Assembly: GCF_036588685.1 (NCBI RefSeq) | Contig: NC_086374.1 | Coordinates: forward strand, 30,752,001 to 30,816,000 | DNA: 64,000 nucleotides | Source of the DNA: Mytilus trossulus | Taxonomy: Eukaryota | Direction of reading: 5' to 3' | In this document: one piece after another, positions 1-14,000 of the stretch | Position numbering within the stretch: the first letter of the stretch is position 1 | Layout: each line of letters starts with the position of its first letter | Position numbers and translations under genes: made by a program | Notes under the pieces: generated by a model | The model's input: only the letters and a program-made list of their open reading frames with translations | What the model was told of the DNA's origin: nothing | Databases searched by the model: none

Positions 1-479
1 AGTAAATCAAAACCATACTAAATGTTAAGAGTATTCCACGCGACTAAATACGCTCATATAAGAAAGAAGATGTGGTATGATTGCCAATGAGACAACTCTC
101 AACAAGAGACCAGTAGGTCACCGTACGTCCTTCGTATTCATTTCTAATATAAAACGGCATGAAAGTCAATTGGGTTTAACTATACAGTGTTCCCACTTCG
201 GTGTTGACATGAATATAAATTTTATGGGCATTTAAAATATTTACTGTATGAATTATTCGAAATACTGAGTTTTTCTTATCCTAGAAATAGATAACGTTAG
301 CCTTATTTGGCACACCTTGTTGAAAGATGTTGTATCTCTTTTGAATAAAACTATTTTGTATAATATTTACCAGTATTAAACCTGTATTATTTTGGCGCAA
401 ATGAAATGTCAATTGGCGCAAAAGTAACGCACTGTTAATTTAGATACAACTATTTATCACGTTGAACCCGTATTCTATT

Positions 480-716
480 AGAGCATTTGCATTATTCACG
501 TATCAGGATACGTGCACGGATCGACGTATACGAATCGACCAGATTTGTTTACAAAAATGAGTTTACCCCGATCTCAATTAAAATAAAATGCATTTATAAT
601 TTATATAATATTTTCATCGGGACCAACTTGACTTAATTTACCCTTTCCTCATATACGTGTTACACGATACGTCGATACGGATACGCCAGCAAATACTTGA
701 TTAATGCAAATGCTCT
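480..716. mobile_element. MITE with ~24-bp TIRs and a 3-bp ATT target duplication
   Basis: AGAGCATTTGCATTATTCACGTAT / ATACTTGATTAATGCAAATGCTCT. Confidence 0.7.
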
Positions 717-2194
717 ATTTACCGTAGGTACCAATTCACCTATGTATCCTTAGCTTCAAATAATTAGATTTCTTTAATTTCTCCGTAGCTTCCGTTTCAG
801 TCTTACAAAAGAATAAAGGTACGTCCTGATACCTACTTAATAATCGTAATATTCATTTTTGCAACTATACACAAATGTTTAAACTTACCATATAAAAAGC
901 CAAGTCTTGATTTGAAATATATACGCCATTTAATGTAACTCGATGTCAAGGACCTTTAAAATTTGAAAAACTGATGAATATGCAAAAGTTTATACGCGTT
1001 ACTTGGGACTTAAATGGGTATGGATTTAAAAACATTAGTTCTTGAATTGGAAAAACCCACGTAGTTGACACGAATATGGAGTATTTGATTTTTAAAAAAC
1101 TTATCTTTCCTTCGGACTTACCTGTTTACGCCGAATATTTTAGTAATAAAGCTTCCATACAGATATATATCTCAGTCAATATAACAACCTTTTCACATTG
1201 AATAGAAACTTTCCGAATGACATGCAATTAAAATAAAATAGTAGAATCTTGAGGTAGATTTACCAGAAGACAAGGTAAATATTTATTTGAATTGTGTTTC
1301 TTCTTTCTATGCACAGACGACATGATCTTTATGTCTAAACTAAAAAAAAGATGTACAAAGCATTATGAGCTAATTTTGTAAGTACTATAATATATGGAGG
1401 CTGATAGTGAATGTGGTCAATATAACACCTTAAAGATCAAATTCATAGTATTTTAAGGAATTTATAATACTTTTTTTTTAAAGTTTCTATAAATTAAACA
1501 TATTGATAGACAGTTCGTGACTGTAATAATCTTTGTATACAATTTAGCAGAACTGTGAATTTTGATAAAGAGATAATTTAAATTCAATTTCAGAAGAGGC
1601 TTCAAGCAGAATATAAGATTTTAAAAGATATCGTTTGCATTATTATCCAAAATTATACAGACGTTATTCTTTTTTATGGATCCAATTTAATTTAGGGTAG
1701 CCAAAATTCCTAGTGTATCATAAAGGATTAGTTTTGAATATATAATTTGTTATATTAAATATAAAGATAAACGCCATAACGTTTCCCTGATCAAAAATAT
1801 GTCAAACTAAAAAGGTATGTGACGTTAGCTGCTGCATGTTTCGTTATTCGTTATTTGATACCCAATATCCAACCGGCTGCTTGCAGTCTATTCGATATTG
1901 TTTGTTTTAGTTAAAATAAATACAATCAAAGTATATATTCGATAACATTTAAAATATTATATTTAGAAACAAAAGGAGCAAAAAGATATGTAGGTAATCA
2001 TTGTTTGACGCAAATTAATAATCGAAATATAAAGCCTTTCGTAAATCGAACATTTGTCTTTATGAAATAAAGAATTTTATCAATGAAATGCAAACAATGA
2101 TGTACATTTATACATGATATTTATAGAAGCGAAAACAACCGATCACTTTAGTAACGTTAAAAAATATGAATAGAAATAATCAGGGGAAGCCAAA

Positions 2195-3350
2195 ATGAAA
2201 TTGTCACTTTTCAGCTAAAGAATCGTCGAAATTCAGCTAAATGTGCCTGTCGATAGCTAAACCCCATAATCTCTCAGTCTTTATACAATAATGCAGATAG
2301 TTAGTTAATTTAAAGATATAAATGACACCAAAAGAAATGTTGGTAAAATTTTGTCCTTAATGGGCTCAAAGTGCCAGTTTGATATTAAAAACATATAGTG
2401 GAAACCTACTAGAGACCGCTCAAATGACGATGAGACCTCCTGGTTTTAAAATGTCCATACAATTTTATAATATTTTAGACTATGTATAAATTTAGATTGA
2501 ATCAAAAGTATTCACCCAATAATGTCTTCTTCGATATCTTCGGTCGACTTCAAATGTCACTTTTTAGCTAAAAATATTCTAATTTTAATTAGACAAAAGA
2601 GGGCACAGGGCGATTACTAAACCCTGATCTCTCAATCTTGATATAAAATGCAGAAAGTTAGTTAATATAAAGATACAAATGACTACAAAAGGGAACTGGG
2701 TACAATTTTTGTAAGAGACCTCCTAAATGACTTGTGTTTTAGTTTCCATAAAATGAATGATATTTGAGGCTATGTATGCATACATATCGTATCAAAAAAA
2801 TCAACATATATATACGGAGGTATTTAATTGTCACTTTTCTTTTAAAACTCGTCGAAAATTTAGGTTAAAAGGGCAATCCCTCCTGATCTTTCAATCTTGA
2901 TAAAACCATGGAGATAGTAAATCAAAATAAGGAATTTGAATACACATGTGGTCTTCCATGTTAACGGAGGGCTCCTTTGTCCTGGGTTATTTTTTTATAC
3001 GATCTATATATACAAAAAGTCTAAAACACCGTTTAATTTTATTGACATTGAAAGACCATGTTGGTTTCGCTGACATTAAAACAGTCACCATTATATATCG
3101 ATAATCAAACTGGTACTTAGAGTCCTCAGTTAAGACATAGAATAAGAATTTTGGCGAAATTCCTTTTTATCTCATTAATCTACATACTATTATGAGAGAC
3201 CAAGAAGTTTTAGCCAACACCCTGAGCCCTTTTAGGTAAATATCCGACGATTTTTTTTTATTGAAAAGTGACACTTTGAGCCCTCCGTTTATATCGAAGA
3301 TGACATTTTTTCCTGGAAAATGTTTTGATGCGACCTATATATTAACATAG
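2195..3350. repeat. Diverged ~280-350-bp tandem units (x3) plus one inverted copy
   Basis: tgtcacttttt..ctaaa..atctctca units at ~2200, ~2553, ~2828; reverse complement at ~3160-3350. Confidence 0.6.
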
Positions 3351-3365
3351 CTGAAGGGGGCGATA

Positions 3366-4030
3366 AAAAAAAGAAGATGTGGTATGAGACAACTGTCCAC
3401 AAGAGACCAAAATGATACAGACATTAACAACTATAGGTCACCAACAACGAACTAAGCCCATACCGCACAGTCAGCTATGAAAGGCCCCGATAAAACAATG
3501 CAAAACAATTCAAACGAGAAAACAAACGGCCTTATTTATATAAAAAATGAACGAAAAACAAATATGTGACACATAAACAAACAACAACCACAGAATTACA
3601 GGCTCCTTACATGGGACAGGCACACAAATAAATAATGTGGCGGGGTTAAACATGTTAGCGGGATTCCAACCGTCTTCCTAAACTAGGACAGTGGTATAAC
3701 AGTACAACATAAGAACGAACTATACAATCAGTTGAAACACATCAGATGGACAAAATACAATTGGATGTGACCGGGTACTTCTACATTCCGACACAAAAGG
3801 ACACAAACACAGATATGAGAGAACTCGCAGTTATCTGACAGCTAGTTCAAAGTCAATAACAACTAATAAAAAATCATGCATCTAAGAAGAAACTATCAAT
3901 CCGTACACATCACACATTCAATGTATTTAGTGTAAAGACGTCATAAACAGCCAGAGAAAGACATGACCTTGTGCAATGCCAAGTTATAGATATCGACTTT
4001 CGAACAGATGTATACTACTGTTGCCTTTGT
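3366..4030 (+). repeat. Abundant interspersed repeat family A (copies also at 58-135, 4510-4790, 5210-5325, 6735-6815, 26910-27390, 49680-49735)
   Basis: aagaagatgtggtatg(attgccaatg)agacaact..caagagacc..ctataggtcacc motif recurs on both strands. Confidence 0.8.
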
Positions 4031-4968
4031 TTGATAATTATGTTTATTGATGAAAAAAAATATTGGATTTAATCGATAATTATTTTTTTAGAATTATGCT
4101 TATCGCAAAAAAATAAAAATTGTATGTAAAGTTAGCGGCCGGTTCGTTATTCGATAGGCGAATGTCCTACCGGTTCTATCAGTCGGTTCGTTAACCAATT
4201 ATTTTCCTGGTCGAAAGTAATAAAAATATATGAATATTCGGTAACATTTATAGAAGCAACATTCAAAGATATAAAGAGTTAAAAACACGATCATTGCTTG
4301 GGCAAAATATAATATCAATCAACAAGTTTAAACATAAAAAGTTTGTATTGAAACTAAAAGTAATAACATTCAAAACAACAAAAACATATAAACTAGAGGA
4401 GTTTTAACTACAAAACCATAATACTCTGAACTTGCGTTCTTAATTAACTTATTTCAAAACAAAGCAAAATAATATTTCAGACTCCATAGATTTTTCAATA
4501 TTATAACAACGATTGTGGTATGATTGCAAATGAGGCAACTCCATATCCACCACATATCAAAGACTGAGAACGAGCCGGGTTACATTCAACTGCAGTCCCG
4601 TACGGTCTGTCTTCCACAATGAGCGAAACCGATTCTGCGTAAAAAGACGCAAAGATCACCAGCATGACGATATATGAAACAAACCAAATGGAAAACAACT
4701 TTTTCACTTATGCTTACACTAATAAATGAAAAAAACAAGTTTTGACTTGGGATAGGCACATTAACAATGTGGAGCGGTTAAACATGTTCTAGTGTTTTAG
4801 TCAATACATGATCGAGGGATAATAAATGAGTTTTGAGTTGTATATACAGCTACTTCTTATCTATCACATTTTCTAGATGCCACGTTTTAACTAAGATTTT
4901 AAGATTAATGCTTTTAAAAACACGTTTTTCTGTTTTCAGCTTTTAAAATTGTATGAAGTAAACATTCA

Positions 4969-5064
4969 ATGGAAGGTTTATTGAAGAGAAAGATATCCTT
5001 CTTTACAGGATACCAAGACAAATGGTTTGTTCTAGCAGACGATGGAAACATAAAACAATTTGAA
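4969..5064 (+). CDS. PH-HSPA12 coding exon 1 (PH beta1-beta3): MEGLLKRKISFFTGYQDKWFVLADDGNIKQFE
   Basis: Acceptor ttttcag at 4939 (implying a further 5' UTR exon), ATG 4969, donor gtaggt 5065; EGxLxK/R...WFVL PH signature. Confidence 0.8.
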
Positions 5065-8000
5065 GTAGGTAGAAGCAATGTCAACATGCTATATTTTTAT
5101 TATTTTATAAATACTTAATTTGGTCCTGGTGCATGTATTTATGATGAGTTTATTTCTAACTTAAGAGTGAACAAGTTCACATAACAATATATTGTTCCTT
5201 TTTATATATAAAAAAAGACGATGTGATATGATTGCCAATGCAACAACTAATCACAAGAGACTAAATGACACAGAAATTTATAACTTTACGTCACCATACG
5301 GCCTTTAACAATGAGCCAAGCTCATTCAAAGCATAAATTCATTTATTTGTTTTAAATAAATCTGCACATGACTGTGTTTTTGTGGGGTTTTATGTCTTTG
5401 TATCAATATATTTTTTATTCTGTTAGATGCAGTAACATTGTCTGGAATTACTGACACATAAAGCTATCTTACATAATAGCGCCTCTCTTCTATATACAAG
5501 AGTTTTCTTAGTACACCCATTGACTTATTTTTTTTTACATAATGCTTCCTTGATGGGACTACCAATGAACGAAACGGTAACAATCAAACTAACACAGAGA
5601 GAGTTGCATGTTATGTAAGCAATATATACACCTAGAAAGATATTGTTTCGTTCTTTGAAAACAAAACGTAAACGATATGTAAAATCAGATCACTTTTATT
5701 TTACTTACACATTAATAACTTTTGATTGTGTCGGTGTTGACATAAATATCAATTATATGGTAATTTTTATAAATTTCCTGTTACAAAACTTTGATTTTCT
5801 CGAAAAAGCAATGATTTTCTTATCCCAGGAATAGATTACCGTAGCCGTATTTGGCACAACTTTTTGGAATTTTGGGTCCTCAATGCTCTTCAACTTTGTA
5901 CTTGTTTGATTTTATACTAGTAACTATTTTAATCTGCGCCTCACTGATAAGCCTTATGTAGATGAAACGCGCGTCTGGCGTATTACCTTTTAATCCTGGT
6001 ACTTTTGATAACAATAGCACTCGACAGGTGTTAATTATTTGCTTAACGATAGTGGAACATATTTCTTGCATTTAATATATATGTCATAACTAATGATAAT
6101 TTGTATATTTCTATACGTTGATATATATGTAGTAAAATTTAACCATAAGCCGACGATGAATTTGTGTATGTCGCATAAAAAGAACTCTTCGTGTCATGAC
6201 AAAGCGTTGTTTATCCTCAGACATAGGCATTTGTCGTCGACATTTGGAACATGGGCGAAGCGCTTCGGAAAATTTGTTTGAGGACCATGGCCGATGGTCT
6301 CTGAACTTGAATGTTGACGTTCAATGCCTAATAATTGATATTTGATGATATGTCCATCATTAAACCATATATATTCTTCCTTGCCAATGCAACGTAGCCT
6401 TAGGGTTAACCTCGAAATCTCTCTACAATAGTTCAGATCATCAACTGTAAAAAAAATAATGTCTTTTTAAATTGCTTTGATAAAATACGATTCTAGGTCA
6501 TCGTTTATCACCCCATCATATCATTAATCGTTACTAATCATCAACACTTCATATCCCAACCCATAAAAGGTATCTATACTCTTAATTGTATCTAAAATGT
6601 CCTTACATACTCCATATGTTTAAACTTTGGGTAAAACCGATCCCCTTTATCGTAAATTGTTAAATGTATTAAAAGAAACTTTATTTTTTATTGATCGTTA
6701 CTTTGATATGAAGTTACACCCCGTACGAACTATAACTGTAAGTGTCTGTGTCATATGGTCTTTTGTGGAGAGTTGCCTCATTGGCAATCAAAGATCATCA
6801 TACCACATTTTCTTTGCTATATTTACAACTTTACCTTAATGAATAAGCATAATAAGCTCTAATATGCTAGAAGACAACCGTACCTGTTTTGTTCATTTCT
6901 TAGGTTCGTCCGTTTGTCCATACCCAAACATCAGTATTTGGTGTTATATATGATTTCAGGTTATCATGTTTGACTTTTAATGGAATATATATTTAATTTA
7001 CATTTCAGCGACAACCAACCGAACCAAATCAAAAACCAAAATGGACGATGAATATTATTGTAAGTTTACATCATACTTATTTCTTAAATTACTTTTTTTC
7101 AAAGATCTTCAAAGGTTGGCAAAAGTTTAAAGATACGGAAAGGCATTATGTAGAAAAAGAAAGGCATTATGAAGATAAAGAAAGACGGACAATTATATAT
7201 GTGGAAATAAATGAATGACAAATAACCACCTGTATGATCAACTAAAAAGGACAAAAATACACCATGTGAAAAAAATAAAAAAAAATAACTAACAAACGAT
7301 GACGCTTCATGTAATGTAAGAAAACTCAAAGTGACACCCCTTCCCATTTTTTTATACTGTATTCCAACCACAATTAATTATGGAACAGGCAGAGGTAAAG
7401 ATTCTGTATTGTAGTATTAATGTATGGACTGTTTCATAATGGCTCTGTAACATGCCCGAGGTATTAATAATGGCCAGGGGTGGTTGTAATGGCAATGAGG
7501 CAACGCCGAGGGCCATTACAACTGTCCGAGGCCATTATTAATATCAAGGGCATATTACATGGCCAATATGAAAAAGTCCATATATTGATACTTTTATTAA
7601 CCAACTAAGGCAACTTCATTCAAGAACAGTCTTGGAGTCTCGGATCCAAAACTATACAGCTAACCACACATCTACAAGAGGACAATACAGAAAAAGCTAG
7701 TTTTATAACATTCTTATAAATTGATTTTAGTTATTCGATTAAACGAAGAGTAAGAAACTAAGAATATACAGGAATTTCATAGCTGAACTTGTCTTTTCGC
7801 ATTCACGATGAAATTTTGGTCAACATTGTGACTGTCAGATGTACTTTCTGAATTCTCATCCAAGTACTTAATTTTATGCTATTAAAATTCATTTCATCTG
7901 GCAAATATAGAGTAGCTGGGAAGTATAAATTCGACAGTTTAACTATTCTTAATCTTTGTCTTGTGTAGTCTGCATTCTGAGGATTGAACAACGGAAATGA

Positions 8001-11000
8001 AACAGTGATAATAATCAAAAGTACTCGAAAAAGGCTGTGAAATATTTCCATTTCATTTGAACTTGTATTTATGACAGTAAGTTAAAAAAAATATGGTACA
8101 CTTATTTGAAGAAATAAACGACATTTTGATTTAATCGATGTCCCGTTTCATCTGTTCATAATGCATGACTGTGATAACGTAATGCACGGGTGTGATTTCG
8201 TAATGCATGACTGAGATTTCGTAAAGACTGGCTGTAGCAATTTCTCCGTTCATAATGCACAGTTGTCGAAATTTTCCTTTTATAAAGCATGGGCATTTCT
8301 ATACATATTGTAGTAAGTTGTTTAATAATAAGTAGTACATAAATAAATTGCATACATAAAACAAAACAATAAAAACCAAAAATAACTGATGCTTTGTTTT
8401 ATTGATTTTTTCACATTTTGAGAACAATTTAGAATTAATTAAGGAAAATTATACATTTTTTTTTAGAAACGGATACCTTTGACATATTCTATTTTTTGTG
8501 GAAGTTGTCTGCTGACGTTTTCGTAAACTTTTTTGTATGTAATGACTAAAAGGGACAAAAAATGAAAAATGAAGAAAAAAAGGATTGTCTAGAAAACTTT
8601 TATGATGTTCGCTGCCTGTTTTTCTTTTTTTTTTATATAAGAAAAATGGGTACTCACTAGGAACTTAATTAGGGGAATTTGTAATGTTACAACATAAAAT
8701 TAAGAATGGGTATGGGGAATGTGTCAAAGAGACAACAACCCAACAATAGAGCAGACGAGGCAACCAATGGGTCTTCAAGGCAGCGACAAACTCCCGCACC
8801 CGGGGGCGTCTTTCAGCTGGCCCCTAAACAAATATGTATACTAGTTCAGTGATAATGGACGTCATACTAAACTCCGAGTTATACTCAAGAAACTAGAATT
8901 CAAAAATCAGATGCCAGAGGCTCCTGACTTGGGACAAGCGCAAATGCGGCGGGGTTAAATATGTTTTTGAAATCTCAACTCTCCCCTTACACCCCTAGCT
9001 ATATATAGCCAATGTAGAAAAAAGAAACGCACAACAATACGCACTGTAAAACTCAGTTTAAGAGAAGTCCGATTCCGATATCAAAAGTGGTAACAAAAGA
9101 AAATAAGCAAAATGACAATAATACATAAATAACTTAGACAAAAGACTACTAGCAGTTAATGATATGCCAGCTTCAGACCTCAATTAAACTGATTAAAAGA
9201 TTATGTCTTCATCATATAAATATCAGGCACAATCCCTCCCATTTGGGGTTAAGTTTTATACCATCATAAGACATATGAAAAGAATTCAACCCGTGGCATG
9301 CAAACACTGGTTTTTAAAATAAATGTGTTTAATTCCGATTCAAAGACCCTACAATTGAATCAATAGTAAAGCCAACATATGCAATCTTTAATCACTGACA
9401 ACTATATCCCTTCTTAATAAGTCTGCTTAAGATTTTGTAAGCTTTTGAGGTGAATACAGATATGTGTGTGCTTTGTAAAGAATATTACCATAAATGATTA
9501 GATGTGAAATACCTGAACGTATAAGATGTCTGCATGTGCAGTTATATTTACGAATGATGTCCTTGTACCGATGATAAAATGTGTAAATGTTTTGACTACT
9601 TTGTGATATCGAAAACCCTGGTGTAATAAATTTTCAGTAACACAAACATTTATCTCGCTAACATCTAAAACGTTGTAAATAAACTCATCATAGATATCAG
9701 GACAAAATTTTGCATATACGACAGACGCGCGTTTCGTCTTCAAAAGACTCATCAGTGACGCTTGAATCACAAAAAGTTAAAAAGGCCAAAATAAGTACTA
9801 GATTGAAGAGCATTGAGGACTAAAGTTCCTAAAAGTTTTGCCAAATTCAGCTAAGGTAATCTATGTCTGAGGTAGAAAAGCTTTAGTATTTCAGAAATTC
9901 TTTTTGTAATCAGTTAATTTATAAATATACTGAACGACTTTATAAACGCAACACTCCTTTTGTTGATTTTTTTTAACAAATCTTTTTTTATTCTCTTACA
10001 ACTACTTTTTATGCTTATCATGCTTCTTTCTCTTTACACAAAATCAAAATCTGACTTACCTGTGGTTATTGAACATACCAAATTTTTGAAGTCGCACGAA
10101 TTTCTTAAAGCGAAATTGTGGTCCCATGAACGATTATTTCAGTTATTTTGCTTTGTGAAACAGTTCTTTCAATCCTTTGCCTTACTTACTTTTTTTTAAA
10201 TGTTGCATCTCCATTTTGCCAACTCAGAGAAATAAAAAAAAACCAAAGAACTGAATTAGCCCTTAAGAATACTGCAAATATGAATACATAAATGTGCTGC
10301 AAACCGTATGACTTCAGAAACTCGTTCTAATGTCCTTCCGACAATGATACAAGTAGACAAAATTTGTTGCTGGCCATCAATGAACAGATCAACCTGTAGT
10401 GACAATGAAACATCAACAGAATTTGATTATGCAACGTCATTTGCTAATCATGTTTACGGCCGCAACGTCAACTGCTAACCAAATTGCCGAGTGCCATTGA
10501 GTACAGATTCATGCCATAAATGTTTCCCATGAACTGCATTGCCAAAGAATTGACTGAAGGAAAACTTGTAAAGCCCTCAAGTTCCAACCGCATAATTGCC
10601 AAAACCAACTAATGGGTTGAACAAATGCAAAATCAGAAGGTGTAAAACAGAACCCAAAAAATGTCAGACAGAATTTGTTGACCTTTCTGACAATCATTTT
10701 GGCGTAAGTAACAGGCAGTCATCGCTTTTGACGTTGACACATTCATTAAAAAAATAACACAAACATAAGCTAGTGTTGCGTTTCTAAAGTCGTTCAGTAT
10801 ATAAGCATATCAATTATTCATGTCAGCACAAAAAGTGCTGACTACTGGGCTTGTGATACCCTCCGGAAAATAAATCTCCACCAGCAGTGAATCGTAGTAA
10901 TTGAGATGTATAAACATATACGATGTTGACAAGGGAACGCCACCATCTAAAAATTGATAATTAACGATAGGAATGGAAAATCATCTCTTTTATCTTAAAT

Positions 11001-14000
11001 TTGTGTATTTTAAAAGCTTTCCGTTAATGATATTAATATCAAGATCGAGCAAAGGGCAATGGTAATTTTTAGTATTAGCTTTAACTAAAGTTAGTTCAGC
11101 AAGATAAATTTCTTTAGTATACATACTGAAGTCGTCATTATTGAGAGCCAATATATCATCCAAATATCTAAAAGTATTATTAAATTTTTGTATCAGATAT
11201 TGTTTCGATGGATCGTTGCTAATTTAAGTTCATAAATTGTACCTCATAGTAATACACAAAAAAGTCCGCAAAAAGTTTTAACAATAAATGGACGGAAACG
11301 AAGACTACACTATAATTTGCAAAAGATGTTTTGTAAGCGAAACCGGGAATTAGAAAAGAAATCAATTGAAAAAATAACGAAAACAATTTACTTGAGAGTG
11401 CAATCGAGTTCCGAAGATAATCATGTAGTTGCAGTATCGTATCGCTCATGTAAAAACAAACCAGATAAAAAGTCGAATTCGGTAGGTCCAATTCGGGGAA
11501 AAGGGACGGAGAACATACATAATAAATCAATTGGGTTCTTCAAAACTGACTGACTAGAAGGACTTGCATACAACTTAAACTGCCACTAAAAAGGATTATG
11601 TCGGATATAGAAGCGGGATTTTTTCCACGCAATACTTCCACTTAACCGTAAAGAAACACAAGTTTGTTAAGGAGGAACAAACTGTTATACTATTACAATA
11701 CGATGCAATGGATTGTACGCCTTCGATCTGACAACCCATGGGTGTGTATGTATAGACCCGCACAGATTTATGTACCATGACAAACATTAGAAAAATACCA
11801 ATCATGCTGTTCGGTGTAAGCCAGGTCTCCGTTTTGAAGGCTGTACCTTGACCTATAATAGTTTACTTCAATAAATTGTTATTTGGATGGAGAGTGTCTC
11901 ATTAGCACTCATTCCACAACTTCCTATACCTATATCAAACTGATGGTTTTAAAGCCAGCAGAAACGATTTTTTTACGGACGCCAACACGAGTTGTTGACC
12001 GCCATGAATTATAGTTTCACAGATGTTAGCGAATATGTTCCTAATGTCGTAACTACAATCCCTTCCCCTTTCTCCAAATTAGACTTATTACCGGCTTTGT
12101 ACTAACATGAGCAACACAATGGTTGTCACGTAAGGAGCAAGATCTGCTGAGGTTAACCCATGTTTTCGGTGGGTTTCTTGTCAATTTGTCTTTAGTATCT
12201 ATATTGTCTTTTGTGTACCATTGTCTGTCTGATTTCTTTTTTTCAGACATGGCGTTGACAGTTTATTAATCTTTTTATTAGTTTTTATGTCCCTCTTGTA
12301 TCTGTCGGTTCTCTTTTGATGTACATATTTAAAAAACAAAGAAGATAAGTAATTAAGAGTATCGAATATTCTCCTCTATTTGCAGCTTGCAGATGTAACC
12401 ACGAAGGATGATGGTCTCCGATTTGTTGTTACTGCAAGTAATGGTCGAACCCTCAAATTGAAAGGTACACATAATGATTTAAAAATCAAATAATAATACG
12501 TTGATGTATTGCACAATAATAATTATGCAAACACGTTTAAAAAGTAGAATCACAAAAAAACTGAACTCCGAAGAAATGTCAAAACGGAAAGTCCCTAGTC
12601 ATATGGCAAAATCCAAAGTCAAACACATCAAACGAATGGATAACAACTGTCATATTTCTGATTTAATACAGGCATTTTGTGGAACTAAAAAGGTAAGTTT
12701 TTATGCTGTTTTCTTTCTTTTTAAGCACCAAACAAAGAGGAAAGAGAAAAATGGACAAAGCTGTTTAAGATCATAAACGAAAAACATTTCTCCGTAAGTT
12801 TTCCGGTTAATATTTATATTTAACGTATGATATGGTATTATAAAGTAAGATGATATTACTAGTTTCATAGTGTGCTAGTGAGCTAATTCGATATATATAT
12901 GGGGTCAGCGAATTCCATATGGAGTGAGAGCGAAGCTCAAATCCTCATATGGAATTTACTGATCCATGCATATATGTATATAGATTCTACCACTGAATCG
13001 AGTGTAATACGATATTTATCCACTTTCAAATTTAAAACGCGAGAGTGGATAAATATCGTATTACACGAGATTCGATGGTGAAATCTGTTTCTCTAATGAC
13101 TTTCTGACATTATACAGGCAAACTTTATCTTCTTTTCGAATGATCTGCAAAAAGATGTGTTCTTTCTATGTGACGTCATCAGGCATGGTGGTCTTTGTTC
13201 ATGCCGTCACAATACATATCAGAGGAAAGCAAGCACATTCGACGTCATAATCGGATTTTAACCAATGAAGTGCTGAGATTAAACGAACCACACGTTGATT
13301 AAATTTTGTTTATACTATGGGTGCAGAAAGGGAAAAATTGACGAAGAATATATGTATCGTATTAGGTCACTAGCATTCTTTGTACGTATCTAAGCTCTTA
13401 CCCGATATTGAATTTACTGACCTCATATATATCTTGTTTGAACACTATCACACTTTGTAACGAATTATTCGTACGTACTATCTTAACATTTGGTATTGGC
13501 ATATCAAAGGGATTAAGTCTTCAATACTTGGTAATAAAGAACCTACTCCGAGTTATCTACACAAAAACAAATGTCAACAATAACAACTTTTAAGCTTTAA
13601 TGTGTTTTAATGAATCTATTATAATCTTTCACTTTGAATTTCTTCGTGCGTTAAACCTTGCTGTTTACAAAACACACATATGATAATAAAAAAACGCAGA
13701 TTTTTCAGTAATATATGCAGACAGTTGATATTGCCAAAAAATTCTGTTCACTTTAAATTTTATAAAAAGGTTTCTACGATTTGTGTGAAATATAAGATGT
13801 TAAACCTGTTTCTTCCAATATTCTCAGAGTTTCAATTAGGCAATGCCTAAATACCACCGTCATCTATTTATAATTTATAATATGTTTTTCTCAGACAGGC
13901 ATAAATAAACATTAAAAGTTAAAACTGTTAGTTGATTTTGATTTTAGTTAATTTACTCAAAAAATGAAGACAAAGGAGATTTCAGACCTACAGCTCAAGG

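Noticed and set aside
1195-1220. Heat-shock element upstream of the HSPA12 gene
   Set aside because: agaaactttccgaa does not fit nGAAnnTTCnnGAAn spacing
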